In this document: positions 36,077 to 45,071 of the stretch, piece after piece
How the letters are laid out: the number at the start of each line of letters is the position of its first letter
Position numbering within the stretch: position 1 is the first letter of the stretch
From: an uncultured virus (IMG/VR IMGVR_UViG_3300028380_000008)
Taxonomy: Duplodnaviria > Heunggongvirae > Uroviricota > Caudoviricetes
Reading direction: 5' to 3' (one strand)
DNA length: 54,986 bases
Virus record (IMG/VR): IMGVR_UViG_3300028380_000008
Program-made: the position numbers and the translations under genes
Notes under the pieces: generated by a model
What the model was told of the DNA's origin: nothing
Seen by the model: the letters and a program-made list of their open reading frames with translations, nothing else
The model's database searches: none

Positions 36077-37048
36077 CTACCGGGCCGCCTCCGTCGCCTG
36101 GGTAGGGTGGCGAGACGCCTCCTGCGGTAGCTGCGCCATGGCCATGCGGAGGGAGTTCTGCATCCGCCGCATGGCGGAGGCGACGTCGCTCACCTCGGAT
36201 GCGTCTCCCGGGCGAGGGCCGATCGGGTCCTCGCTCTCCCCGAGGCTCACCGCCTCGGCCTGCCTGACCAGCAGACGCAGCGGCCGGAGCTGGCGCTGGG
36301 TGACGAGGAGCATGGTCGTGGCCAGCGCGAGCTCGAACAGCAGGAACGCGACCCCGAGGCGGGCGACGACGTCGCGTCGGACCTCGGCGATCTTGTCCTT
36401 CCGGATGCCGATCCGGAACGATCCCCAGTGGACGACCTCGCTGTTGCTGGGGTTGCGCAGCCATATCGGCTGCGCGACGTCCCACGCCACGTGCCCGGTG
36501 TCGCGGTTGTACTCCTGGACGAGCGGCTCGTCGCCGGTCCACGCGGCGGCGCGCTTGTGCATGGGCGACTCGAACCGCCTCTTGGATCTCGCGTTGACCG
36601 CGTCGACCTCGACCTTGCCGGTCGGCGGGTGCGAGAACGCGGACAGGGTCGTCGGGATGTACCCGGTCAGGTCGTTCCCGACCGCGTAGAGCAGGAGCGG
36701 GTCCGACGCCGTCATCGAGTCCTCGATGTGTTGGATCCCAGCGCTGTCGGTGAACCAGTCGAAGGTCGAGTGGTACCGCGGCTCGGCGACCGGCACGGTG
36801 AAGTGGATCTCGGTGTACGTCGGCTTCGCGACGTCGTCCCATCGGAGGACGCCCGTCTCCACCGCGCGCTGCAGGATGATCCCGTAGGTGGCCGCGCCGG
36901 TCTTGGCGAGGGCTCGGCCGCGCGCGAGGATCTCGTCCTCCTGCATGGCGACTGTCGTGTAGGTGACCCCGACGCCGATGCTGGCCAGTAGGGCCAGCGA
37001 CACGAGGATGATCTGGAACGTGGTGCGTGTGCTGATCGACTTGAACAT
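36077..37048 (-). CDS. membrane sensor protein with HAMP domain and no output domain
   Basis: TM1, extracytoplasmic domain (AVGNDLTGYIPT, YNRDTG, HWGSFRIG), TM2, HAMP LRPLRLL…SEVSDVASAMRRM. Confidence 0.8.
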   Translation of the reverse strand: MFKSISTRTTFQIILVSLALLASIGVGVTYTTVAMQEDEILARGRALAKTGAATYGIILQRAVETGVLRWDDVAKPTYTEIHFTVPVAEPRYHSTFDWFTDSAGIQHIEDSMTASDPLLLYAVGNDLTGYIPTTLSAFSHPPTGKVEVDAVNARSKRRFESPMHKRAAAWTGDEPLVQEYNRDTGHVAWDVAQPIWLRNPSNSEVVHWGSFRIGIRKDKIAEVRRDVVARLGVAFLLFELALATTMLLVTQRQLRPLRLLVRQAEAVSLGESEDPIGPRPGDASEVSDVASAMRRMQNSLRMAMAQLPQEASRHPTQATEAAR

Positions 37049-37083
37049 TGAGACATCTCCGATTGATTTGGTACCTGCGTTTG

Positions 37084-37737
37084 TCACTTCAACGTGTCGT
37101 GCCACCAATACTTGTCGGTCCAGTGCAGTCGGCCCGACCTGTCCGTGTGGTGCAGCTTGTGCCCTACCGCCAGCCGGCACACGTGCTCCCGGTCCATCGT
37201 GTGGCCGCAGTACCTGCCGCCGCTGACGACGTCCGGCTGCGCCGACTTCACCCTGTACTGCTTGTGGATGAACGGCTCCGGCTTGTCGGCGTCCTTGAAG
37301 TCGACGATCGGCTGGCCCTGGACTTCGGCCGCGCGCCGCAGCATCTCGCGGTGCAGCTTCGCTCCCTCGCTCTGGCTGACCTCGTCCCAGCTGTGGGCCG
37401 CTGCTTCTCGGTGGTGGCGCACGAACTCGATGGAGTTCATGAACACGTTGACCTTGTCGGGCTTCCCGACCGGGAAGCCCGCGGTTCTCGGCTTCTGCAG
37501 CTTGTTAGCCATGAACGTCAGCGCGCCCGAGCACATCGACCCGGTCTCCTGCGCGAACCACCCCTTGCTCCAGCGCGGGTCCTCGTAGTTGATGGTCCTG
37601 TGGCACGGCAGTGGCTCGTCGCGGTGCATGCAGTCGATGAATCCTTCTGGCGAGCTCGCGCCGAGCCACCCGGGCATGGAGTCGCGGCGGAACGGGCAGG
37701 CCGAGCACGGCTTCGGCGTCGGCGGCCTGTATGTCAT
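37084..37737 (-). CDS. Cys-rich hypothetical protein (DUF6283-like)
   Basis: KPCSACPFRRD…LPCHRT…CSGAL. Confidence 0.65.
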   Translation of the reverse strand: MTYRPPTPKPCSACPFRRDSMPGWLGASSPEGFIDCMHRDEPLPCHRTINYEDPRWSKGWFAQETGSMCSGALTFMANKLQKPRTAGFPVGKPDKVNVFMNSIEFVRHHREAAAHSWDEVSQSEGAKLHREMLRRAAEVQGQPIVDFKDADKPEPFIHKQYRVKSAQPDVVSGGRYCGHTMDREHVCRLAVGHKLHHTDRSGRLHWTDKYWWHDTLK

Positions 37738-38135
37738 TGGACGCTCCGCCCGCCGCAGAACCCGAACCTCGGTGCGTTGGCAGCGATCTCGACCGCCTCG
37801 ACGGCTGAGACCACGCCGAAGATGGTGTACTTCGCCCACTCCGGCAACGACGACATCGCCGCCACGACCAGAGATGACTCGTCCACCACCGTCTTGAACA
37901 TCAGGGCGCGCATCGACGGCGTCGAGCCGAGCAGCGGGTTGCCTTCCCGGAAGTAGTGGCCGTCCGCGGTGTGGAGGTCCCACCGCCCGTAGTTCGACGC
38001 CTTGACGGTCTGCGCGACGTCGCACGCGACGAGCGCCATCGTCGTTGACGCGAGCACACCGACGCGCTGGTTGGCGGTGCAGGCAGACAGCGCTGGTAGC
38101 GTGAGCGCGAGGAATGTCTTGACGGTGACCTTCAT
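37734..38135 (-). CDS. putative lipoprotein/membrane protein
   Basis: Lipobox LSAC; EGNPLLG motif. Confidence 0.65.
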   Translation of the reverse strand: MKVTVKTFLALTLPALSACTANQRVGVLASTTMALVACDVAQTVKASNYGRWDLHTADGHYFREGNPLLGSTPSMRALMFKTVVDESSLVVAAMSSLPEWAKYTIFGVVSAVEAVEIAANAPRFGFCGGRSVQ

Positions 38136-38326
38136 CTTCCTTGGCTTTCTTCGACGAAGCGGCGCAGCAGGATGCTGTACAACAGAATCTCGTCCTCGCT
38201 ACCTCTCTTGGCTTGTCCATACAGGATGGCGAGTAACTTGATGCTGTGTCGGTCATTCGGAGCCGCTCGGATTAGGTCGAGTTCTTCCTTGGATGTGCGA
38301 CGCTTGTTGTTGGTGGTGATTTTCAT
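38132..38326 (-). CDS. hypothetical protein
   Basis: ATGA overlap; AT-richer upstream region. Confidence 0.55.
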   Translation of the reverse strand: MKITTNNKRRTSKEELDLIRAAPNDRHSIKLLAILYGQAKRGSEDEILLYSILLRRFVEESQGR

Positions 38327-38387
38327 GGTTCACCGTCACTCTTGTTATTGTTGATAATTAGCTTGAGCGCCTGCTGATCATCTTTTG

Positions 38388-38864
38388 TCATGTGTCTCCG
38401 TGACGAGCAACGAGGCCCATGATGATCTCCGCGAGCGCGTCCAGCCGATCCGCGTCTCGGTTCAGGATGGCGATACCATCCTCGGCGTGACCCTTGTCCA
38501 TCCTGTACCTGTTCGCTTGGGATTCGAGCGCCGACGCGACGTCCTGAGCGAGGTTGGCTGGGATGTCAACCGTGATCGCCTCGGCAGCTGGCGGCTCGGC
38601 GGTCTTGACGGTCTCAGCCTCGGCCGTTACTCGCAGGATGACCACCACTTCCCATGAGTGCTCGTCGTCGCGGTCCTGGAGTTCGATGTGGTGGTACATC
38701 GAGATCTTGGTCGACGTGTTGATGCACGGGTAGCTGAGATAATCGCTGCTCAGGTGCCTCGTGACTTCCGCACCGCACGTCGGGCAGGTGTCAGTGATCT
38801 CGATCGGCAGGTAGCAGCGCTTCAGGTCGAGCTCCGTCTGCTCGTCGGTCATCTTGATCTTCAC
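38388..38864 (-). CDS. hypothetical protein (CPTCG)
   Basis: GTGA overlap with the ruvB stop. Confidence 0.6.
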   Translation of the reverse strand: MKIKMTDEQTELDLKRCYLPIEITDTCPTCGAEVTRHLSSDYLSYPCINTSTKISMYHHIELQDRDDEHSWEVVVILRVTAEAETVKTAEPPAAEAITVDIPANLAQDVASALESQANRYRMDKGHAEDGIAILNRDADRLDALAEIIMGLVARHGDT

Positions 38865-39889
38865 GACGTCACCTCCGGTTCCGGGTCGACGGCGAGCTGT
38901 TGGACGCGGACCCGCTCGGCGTGCGCGTGGAGGTGCTTGACTGCGGCGGGCAGCGCGATCCGCCCCTTCTGGGTCCGAGAGATGAGCCCGAGCTCGAGGA
39001 GCGTCGGCTCGATGACGCCCTCGATCACGCCGCGCTCTATGCCGAGCTGGGCCGCGATGGTGAGGACGCCAACCGGCGAGCCGAGCCGCTCGCACAGGAC
39101 GCCGAGGTACTCGCGGTCCTTGCCGTCGAGCCCGAGCGAGTCGAGGCCGAGCGCGTCGAACGTCGCCTCCGCGACCTCGGTCGTCAGCACCTGCTCGCCG
39201 GCGGACTCCATGAAGTCGCGGCAGTTGCGCACGAGCCGGTTCGCGACGCGCGGCGTGCCGCGGCTGCGCCGGCCGATCGCGTCGGCGACGTCGTTCGCGT
39301 TCCTCGTCCAGCTGGCCTGCGACTCGCCGGCGTGCTGGAGGCGGACCCCGAGCTTGGCCATCGTGCGGTGCGCGATGGTCGCGAGGTCCTCGGCCGAGTA
39401 GTGGCCGAGCTGGAACGTGTAGGCGAAGCGGTCGCGCAGCGGCCCGGTCAGCAGGTGCATGCGCGTGGTCGCGCCGACCAGGGTGAACGGCTGCAGCGGG
39501 AGCCGCACCGTGCGCTTGCCGGCGGACAGGTCGACGTGCCCGTCCTCCATCGCCGTGTACAGGAGCTCCTGCATCGCCGGCTTGAGGCCGTGGATCTCGT
39601 CCAGGAACAGCACGTCGTGCCGGCCGAGCGTGGTGAGCAGGCCGGTGAGCTCGCCCTTGTGCTCGATCGCCGTGGCGACCGCGGCGTGGAGCCGCGTGCC
39701 CATCTCGGAGGCGAGGATCTGGGCGAGCGAGGTCTTGCCGCACCCGGGCATCCCGGCCAGCAGCACGTGGCCGCACGCGCGCTCGCCGTGGCGGGCCGCG
39801 ACCACGGCGCGCCGGAGCACATCGATCGTCGGGCGCTGACCGACGTAGTCGTCGAACGACGCGGGCCTGATGTCCTGGTCCTTGCTCAT
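38861..39889 (-). CDS. ruvB: Holliday junction branch-migration helicase RuvB
   Basis: IRPASFDDYVGQ, GMPGCGKT, LFLDEIH, LYTAMED, FTLVGATT, PLRDRF, RGTPRVANRL, IEP…RTQKGR. Confidence 0.95.
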   Translation of the reverse strand: MSKDQDIRPASFDDYVGQRPTIDVLRRAVVAARHGERACGHVLLAGMPGCGKTSLAQILASEMGTRLHAAVATAIEHKGELTGLLTTLGRHDVLFLDEIHGLKPAMQELLYTAMEDGHVDLSAGKRTVRLPLQPFTLVGATTRMHLLTGPLRDRFAYTFQLGHYSAEDLATIAHRTMAKLGVRLQHAGESQASWTRNANDVADAIGRRSRGTPRVANRLVRNCRDFMESAGEQVLTTEVAEATFDALGLDSLGLDGKDREYLGVLCERLGSPVGVLTIAAQLGIERGVIEGVIEPTLLELGLISRTQKGRIALPAAVKHLHAHAERVRVQQLAVDPEPEVTS

Positions 39890-39892
39890 GAT

Positions 39893-40201
39893 CTACTCCT
39901 TCAGGCCGAGGAGATTCCGCTCCTCCAGTGTGAGCTTGGCGAGCGCAGCACGTCGCTTGGCATCGTTGTTGGTGTTGTTGATGAAGATCGGTGTGAGTAG
40001 GTAAGCGCCTGTCTTGTCGACGATGGCCTGCCGGGTGATGGGGTCGTATCCTTTGCCAGTCCACGTCCCCGGTTTAGATGCCTCGAGAGCCCCCTCTGCT
40101 GTGTAGTAGTAGACACCAGACGGACCATTTCTCCCGTTGTCGTCATCAGTCACGGACTCGAACACCTCGCGGTACTCGACGGTGATTGTTTTCACGTTCA
40201 T
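39893..40201 (-). CDS. hypothetical protein
   Basis: Ends RRAALAKLTLEERNLLGL, a common phage C-terminal motif. Confidence 0.65.
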   Translation of the reverse strand: MNVKTITVEYREVFESVTDDDNGRNGPSGVYYYTAEGALEASKPGTWTGKGYDPITRQAIVDKTGAYLLTPIFINNTNNDAKRRAALAKLTLEERNLLGLKE

Positions 40202-40962
40202 GGCTTCGCTCCATCCTGGGATACGGGATCGTCGAACAGTGCGTGCTCGAGGTTGTCTAGGCTGTCGATGTGCGCCTCGAGCATCGCGAGCTCCACCTCG
40301 AGCGCCTCCGCGCGCGCCTCGGCGTCGGCTCGCGCCGCGTCGGCTTCGTGGAGCTGCAAATGCAGCTTCACCTGCAGATCCGTCGCGGTGGGTCCAAACC
40401 TGTTCTTGAGGATCGCTCCGCTCTTTGGATTGACGATGATGTCTGCCAAGAGACCCGCCTTCCACTGCGCTTCGCTCAACTTGTCGAATGTGTCATCCGA
40501 CGTGACGACGAATCGCATATATGGCGTGGCAGCGGTGTAGGTATTGTCGAAGACCTCCGACACCGACTCGACGCCGAAGGTCTGCCGGAGCTTGACGTGG
40601 AGCTCGGCCAGCTGGCTCTCGGCCGCGTCTGCTCGAGCCCGCTCGGTGGCGATCAGGTTGCGAGCTTGGATGAGCTGGTGCGCCTGGTCGTCGCGGTCGG
40701 CGGCGAGCCAGCGGATCCGCTCGCGCAGGTTGAGCTCGTCGTTGTAGCCGACGCCGTCGCGCTCGGTGTCGGTGCGAGGGACCTTCGCGGTGTCGAGCTC
40801 TTTGGTTATGTCGTCTCGCACGCTCGTCATCGTTGCGGAGAACTGCTCGCGACCGGCGCGCCGGAGATCTTCCGCCGTCGGGCGAGTGTAGTCGGTCAGC
40901 AGCGCGTATGCGCGGCAGTCGTCGTCGCAACACTCGGGGTTCTCGCAGAACTTGCAGGTCAC
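40198..40962 (-). CDS. hypothetical coiled-coil protein with N-terminal Cys cluster
   Basis: GTG after AAGGAG; CKFCENPECC; ERARADAAE. Confidence 0.65.
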   Translation of the reverse strand: MTCKFCENPECCDDDCRAYALLTDYTRPTAEDLRRAGREQFSATMTSVRDDITKELDTAKVPRTDTERDGVGYNDELNLRERIRWLAADRDDQAHQLIQARNLIATERARADAAESQLAELHVKLRQTFGVESVSEVFDNTYTAATPYMRFVVTSDDTFDKLSEAQWKAGLLADIIVNPKSGAILKNRFGPTATDLQVKLHLQLHEADAARADAEARAEALEVELAMLEAHIDSLDNLEHALFDDPVSQDGAKP

Positions 40963-41081
40963 AGGGTCTCCTTCGCTCGGCGCTCGCCGAGCACCAACAG
41001 CACGGGCGCCGCGATCATGATGACGCTCACGCAGGTGATCGCGCACACCAGGCGAGGGATGAACAGCAGGACGTGCCTCAT
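40959..41081 (-). CDS. small membrane peptide
   Basis: MRHVLLFIPRLVCAITCVSVIMIAAPVLLVLG; directly after an operator/promoter. Confidence 0.5.
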   Translation of the reverse strand: MRHVLLFIPRLVCAITCVSVIMIAAPVLLVLGERRAKETL

Positions 41082-41089
41082 GACGGGCA

Positions 41090-41120
41090 ACCCTACCTTC
41101 TTGCGGGTGACAATGTCAAC
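41090..41120 (-). promoter_or_regulatory. operator GTTGAC-ATT-GTCACC overlapping a promoter
   Basis: TTGACA-18-TAGGGT on the - strand; intergenic. Confidence 0.7.
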
Positions 41121-41125
41121 AGAAA

Positions 41126-41752
41126 CTACTTCGTGGTAGCCACGCGGCGCAGCGCCGCCGCGATCCAGGACTCCAGGCCGCCCGCGCGCTCCTGCTCGGT
41201 GCACGCGTCGACGGCGACGACCGCGGCGACCCGCTTGTACCCGGCGGCGGAGAGCGCCGCGATCGCGTCCGCGCGGTCGCCGTTGAGCTCGCGGACGCGA
41301 TCGAGGTGGTCGTCTTCCGGCCACGCGGTGCACCATTCCTCGACCGCGCCGGCGGCTTCGCTGGCCGTCGGTTGAGGGCTCGCGGCGGGAGGCGTCCCGC
41401 GCCGGATCAGGTTGAGATGGTCGTCGACGATGACTGGGATCGGCATCCGCTTCAGCGGGACGACGCGCGGCTCGCTGGCCTCGCGCGAGGACCCATGACG
41501 GTCAGTGAGGTCGGGCGCCGCTACGCGCCCGGTCAACGGGACGAGGCGCGGCTTCTCGGCCCTGCGCGGGGCCCGCTGCAGGACGGCGCGCGCGTCTTGT
41601 CCCGGCAGCGTCTCGGCTACCGCGCGGCGCTTCGCGCCGCGCCGGGACCGCCAGCGCTCCGCCGCGGCGCCGATCCTGTAGCCGAGCCACAGGAAGACCG
41701 GCGCACCGGCGCTGAAACCCATGACCAGGGCGTCGAATTCTCGGTTCGTCAT
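41126..41752 (-). CDS. N-terminal TM protein with a RuvA C-terminal (domain III)-like domain
   Basis: TM LVMGFSAGAPVFLWLGY; C-terminal ADAIAALSAAGYKRVAAVVAV…LESWIAAALR. Confidence 0.6.
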   Translation of the reverse strand: MTNREFDALVMGFSAGAPVFLWLGYRIGAAAERWRSRRGAKRRAVAETLPGQDARAVLQRAPRRAEKPRLVPLTGRVAAPDLTDRHGSSREASEPRVVPLKRMPIPVIVDDHLNLIRRGTPPAASPQPTASEAAGAVEEWCTAWPEDDHLDRVRELNGDRADAIAALSAAGYKRVAAVVAVDACTEQERAGGLESWIAAALRRVATTK

Positions 41753-41755
41753 GAC

Positions 41756-42034
41756 TTAGTTGCCTCCGGCGGGCGGGTTCGTCGGGCTCGGTGCTTCGTG
41801 GTTGTCGCCGACGGACGCCGCCCACTTCTCCATGAGGAAGTTGTACTCCTGGAACACCTCGGCGAGGCTCTTGCCGAGCTTTGCGATCTCGTGACGCCTG
41901 GCGTCCGGCGACTCGCCGGGGTTGAGCGGCGCCTGCTGGAGGTCCGACAGGCGCAGGATGCGGGCGCTGAGCTCTTGCATCTTGACGACGATCGGGGTGA
42001 TGAGCTCTGCGGCTGTGAACAGGATGGCGGGCAT
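41756..42034 (-). CDS. hypothetical protein
   Basis: ATG after GGAG. Confidence 0.6.
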   Translation of the reverse strand: MPAILFTAAELITPIVVKMQELSARILRLSDLQQAPLNPGESPDARRHEIAKLGKSLAEVFQEYNFLMEKWAASVGDNHEAPSPTNPPAGGN

Positions 42035-42051
42035 GTCGTCTCCGTTGCGAG

Positions 42052-42435
42052 TTAGACGGTCATCTCCATGATCAGGCGCTTGACGGCGTCGTCCCTGATG
42101 TCGGTCCGGCATGACCACAGCCCGACCTCGTAGTGCTGGGCGACCGCGGCGTCGACGAGGAGCACGCCGGGGAGAGTGCCGGGGCGGCAGACGTCGAGCA
42201 CGTCGCCCGTCTTCTGGAACCGGATCCAGCTGTGGTCGACCGCGCCGACCCGACCGTCCTCGACGGACATCGCCCGGGTGGTCGGCTTCCGCGCCGACAG
42301 CACGACGAGCACGGCCCGCGCCAGCTCGTGGCTCCGGCAGCCGTCGAAGCGGACCATCGCGACGGCGGCGCGGGCTCGCCGCCAGATCCTGACCTCGCTC
42401 GGCGCGAACACCTCGCGCTCGGCGAACGTCCTCAC
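42052..42435 (-). CDS. hypothetical protein
   Basis: HELARAV…DHSWI…VLDV (transglutaminase-like spacing, weak). Confidence 0.6.
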   Translation of the reverse strand: MRTFAEREVFAPSEVRIWRRARAAVAMVRFDGCRSHELARAVLVVLSARKPTTRAMSVEDGRVGAVDHSWIRFQKTGDVLDVCRPGTLPGVLLVDAAVAQHYEVGLWSCRTDIRDDAVKRLIMEMTV

Positions 42436-42800
42436 TTCGAGGACCTGATCAGGTCTTGGAGCGTCTTGATGATGGCGATCAGCTTCACGGCGCGCTTCGC
42501 GTCCTCGAGCTCACCCGCCGCGCCGTCGATCGTGCACAAGCCGTCGCGCTGGAACCTCGCCAGGACGTCCTCGGCGTGCGCCTTCGTCTCCCGAACGAAC
42601 CGCGCATCATCGGACGTCAGCCCGACGCTGGCGAACGTCAGGCAGTGCGTCCGCAGCGCCATCGCCATTTGATATGACGTGTCGTGCGGCGACAAGATGA
42701 TGTTTCGCTCAGCCGCCGCGACTTTCAGGTAAGCTTCCCAGGTCACAGACGCCTGGCACATCAAGAGGACTTGGTCGTCGGTGAACTTATACACGGTCAC
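42432..42800 (-). CDS. hypothetical protein
   Basis: GTGA overlaps. Confidence 0.6.
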   Translation of the reverse strand: MTVYKFTDDQVLLMCQASVTWEAYLKVAAAERNIILSPHDTSYQMAMALRTHCLTFASVGLTSDDARFVRETKAHAEDVLARFQRDGLCTIDGAAGELEDAKRAVKLIAIIKTLQDLIRSSK

Positions 42801-43297
42801 TCCTTGTCAGTGGTGGTTGTCGAGTTGGCCGACTCGTCGCCGTACTCGAAGCGGCGCCACAGCTCCTCGAGCTGGCCACGCGTGAACACGTTCTCGTCGA
42901 GGAGCCAGCGCGCGAAGTGGTCGTGGCAGTCGATGCGCGTCATGAACTGGTTGGCCGACTCCTCGGTCGGGACGAGCGCGGCGGCGAGCACCGCGTACTG
43001 CTCGTCGTGGCCTGGGCCGATCTGGTGCAGGCCGGGGTAGCGGTCGCCGACGAGCTCGACCACCGTGTACGTCCGGGCGGCCCGGACCCTGGTCGCCGCC
43101 TCCGGGCTCAACCCCGCGTCGATCGGGTCGTTGTCGGGGTTGAGGCTCTGGTCGCGCACGATGAACTCCGTCCCGGCCCGCCACACGGCGAGTTTCCGCC
43201 AGTCGTAGCGCTCGCGGCGGTCGGGGCACGGGTTGGCCACGTCGGCGACGATCCGGTAGGTGCCGGGCTTGATGCGCACGTCGTTCTTGTTGGTCAT
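42797..43297 (-). CDS. hypothetical protein
   Basis: ATG after AGGGG; DVANPCPDRRERYDW. Confidence 0.7.
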   Translation of the reverse strand: MTNKNDVRIKPGTYRIVADVANPCPDRRERYDWRKLAVWRAGTEFIVRDQSLNPDNDPIDAGLSPEAATRVRAARTYTVVELVGDRYPGLHQIGPGHDEQYAVLAAALVPTEESANQFMTRIDCHDHFARWLLDENVFTRGQLEELWRRFEYGDESANSTTTTDKE

Positions 43298-43398
43298 GTC
43301 ACTTACCCCTTTCGAGCGTAGTTGCGTGTGCGGACTGGTTTCGTGGTCAACGCTTCGCGCGCGGTCCACCCACGCTCCAGGCGACCGCTGATGGTCTT

Positions 43399-43743
43399 CT
43401 ACCTGTGACCAGGCCCCCAAGTTTTTCCTCCATCATGGCTGTGGTGGCCGGCGGCGACGGCTCGCGGGTTGACCTTGAGGCCCTGCTGGGCCTCCGCGCG
43501 CGCGACCGCTTGGCGGAGCGCCGGGCTGCCCTGCGCCGCGAGCGTGCGGTACGCGCAGACGTCGGTGACGTCGTCGCGGTCCTCGGACCGCCAGCCCTCG
43601 AACGCCACCGCCCCGTTCGGGGCGATGCGGACGCGGGCGCGCCCCGCGGTGAGCGCGGCCTCGAGTCGCGAGAGCGCTTTCTTGATCTTCTCGTTGCGGG
43701 AGAGCAACGTCTCGCCGCTCTTGAGTTTGGTGTCGCAGGGCAT
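43399..43743 (-). CDS. hypothetical protein
   Basis: GAGGAG RBS; ends GHHSHDGGKTWGPGH. Confidence 0.75.
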   Translation of the reverse strand: MPCDTKLKSGETLLSRNEKIKKALSRLEAALTAGRARVRIAPNGAVAFEGWRSEDRDDVTDVCAYRTLAAQGSPALRQAVARAEAQQGLKVNPRAVAAGHHSHDGGKTWGPGHR

Positions 43744-43791
43744 GAGATCGCTCCTCGTTGAGGTGGTTGCGGGTTGTGACTGCGCGGATGG

Positions 43792-44616
43792 CTACCCGAG
43801 GTCCAGCGGGCGCGCCGGGATCGCGATGCGCTCCTCGCCGCCCATCCCGTCCTCCATGACCTCGAAATCGACGTTGGCGAAGCGCTGGCGGTCGATGGTG
43901 GGCGTCGCCTCGGCGGGCGCGGCGGCCTCGCCGTCCAGGTCGAGGAACGCGATCCGCGCGCTCTCGATCTGTCCGCGCTGGATGTCGAGGAGCACGGTCT
44001 CCCGGGTCTCGCCCTCCTTCTCGATGCGTTTCACGATCGTGCGCGCCGCCTTGCGCGCCTGCTCGATGGCCGCGTCGATCTTCGTGCGGCGCTCGTCGCT
44101 GAGCATGCCGCTCATCTCGCGCGCCCGGTTCGCCGCCTTGCGGATGGCGTCCGGGTCGAACGCCTTGATCCCGGCGTCCATCTGCTGGACGAGCTGGCCG
44201 ATCTCCTGCGTGATGGCGCGCGCGGCCTCCGCGTCGTCGGACGCCACCCGCCCCTTGAGCGCGTAGATGCCGACGCGCGTGTGGGTCGCGCTCTCGTTGT
44301 GCTCCTCGGCCATGCGTCGGGCCGTCGCGATGGCCGCGTCGAGCGCGCCCTCCTGGTCGGCGGGGCAGAGCAGGCCGAACGACGTGTCCGAGCACACCTT
44401 GCGGATCTCGGCCAGCGCCTTCCCGCGCACCTTCACGGCGCGCTCGTGCTCGGGCTTGTCCTCGATCACGCGGCGGGTCTCCCACCGCGTGACCTCCTTG
44501 CCCTCCTCGGGAGGCAGGTCCGTGTCGAGGTCGATGCGTTGGTAGCTCACGCCTCCCACCACGGTCGACTTGACCGAGACGAGCAGGCCGGGGCGGATGG
44601 TGCTGGCGTTGGACAT
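43792..44616 (-). CDS. helical hypothetical protein (likely AAA+ partner)
   Basis: AAGGA RBS; FGLLCP; coiled-coil. Confidence 0.75.
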   Translation of the reverse strand: MSNASTIRPGLLVSVKSTVVGGVSYQRIDLDTDLPPEEGKEVTRWETRRVIEDKPEHERAVKVRGKALAEIRKVCSDTSFGLLCPADQEGALDAAIATARRMAEEHNESATHTRVGIYALKGRVASDDAEAARAITQEIGQLVQQMDAGIKAFDPDAIRKAANRAREMSGMLSDERRTKIDAAIEQARKAARTIVKRIEKEGETRETVLLDIQRGQIESARIAFLDLDGEAAAPAEATPTIDRQRFANVDFEVMEDGMGGEERIAIPARPLDLG

Positions 44617-44638
44617 GGTTCCTTTTGTGCTCCTTAAC

Positions 44639-44659
44639 GTTGACGTTGTCAACTCGAAT
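44639..44659 (-). promoter_or_regulatory. operator GTTGAC-AAC-GTCAAC with an ATTCGA flank
   Basis: Perfect core 44639-44653; flank shared with the 710 and 30516 copies; -10 unclear. Confidence 0.75.
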
Positions 44660-44982
44660 TAGACGTGCTCGGTCATGCTCACGTAGCGTCGACCGTCGTC
44701 GTCGACCAGCGCAAACATGACCCGACCTTCGGCCGCGCCGCGCATTCGCGTGGTCCAATACTCGTCTTCTGCGACAGTGTGTTCGGTGTCTGCCGCTGAG
44801 ATGGGTACGAGCGGCATGGACTCCCACGCCATAGGGTGGATGTCGTCGGTGCCTGGCCACACGCGGCGCGGGCCCATCGCGGCGACGTCGACGACCACGA
44901 CGGTCTGGCCGGGCAGCACGCGGGTGGCCCGCGCAGGGAGCAGCGTGAGGCGCCGCAAGAACGCGTAGTCGGTGCGAGGCAT
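44659..44982 (-). CDS. hypothetical protein
   Basis: GAAGGA RBS. Confidence 0.6.
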   Translation of the reverse strand: MPRTDYAFLRRLTLLPARATRVLPGQTVVVVDVAAMGPRRVWPGTDDIHPMAWESMPLVPISAADTEHTVAEDEYWTTRMRGAAEGRVMFALVDDDGRRYVSMTEHV

Positions 44983-44996
44983 GAGGTTTCCTTCGT

Positions 44997-45054
44997 GGTG
45001 TTGCGTCCGGCAGACCGCGAGCTCGCCGCTCGCGGCTCCGATGGGCGCAGCGCC
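44997..45054 (+). other. intergenic hairpin folding preferentially on the + strand
   Basis: GTGTTGCGTCC/GGGCGCAGCGC (3 G.T) enclosing CCGCGAGC/GCTCGCGG. Confidence 0.65.
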
Positions 45055-45071
45055 CTACAGCTCGAGGCAAG

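Noticed and set aside
43314..43377. Intergenic stem as a member of the + strand hairpin family
   Set aside because: Short; has one G.T and one C.A pair, so the strand preference is ambiguous
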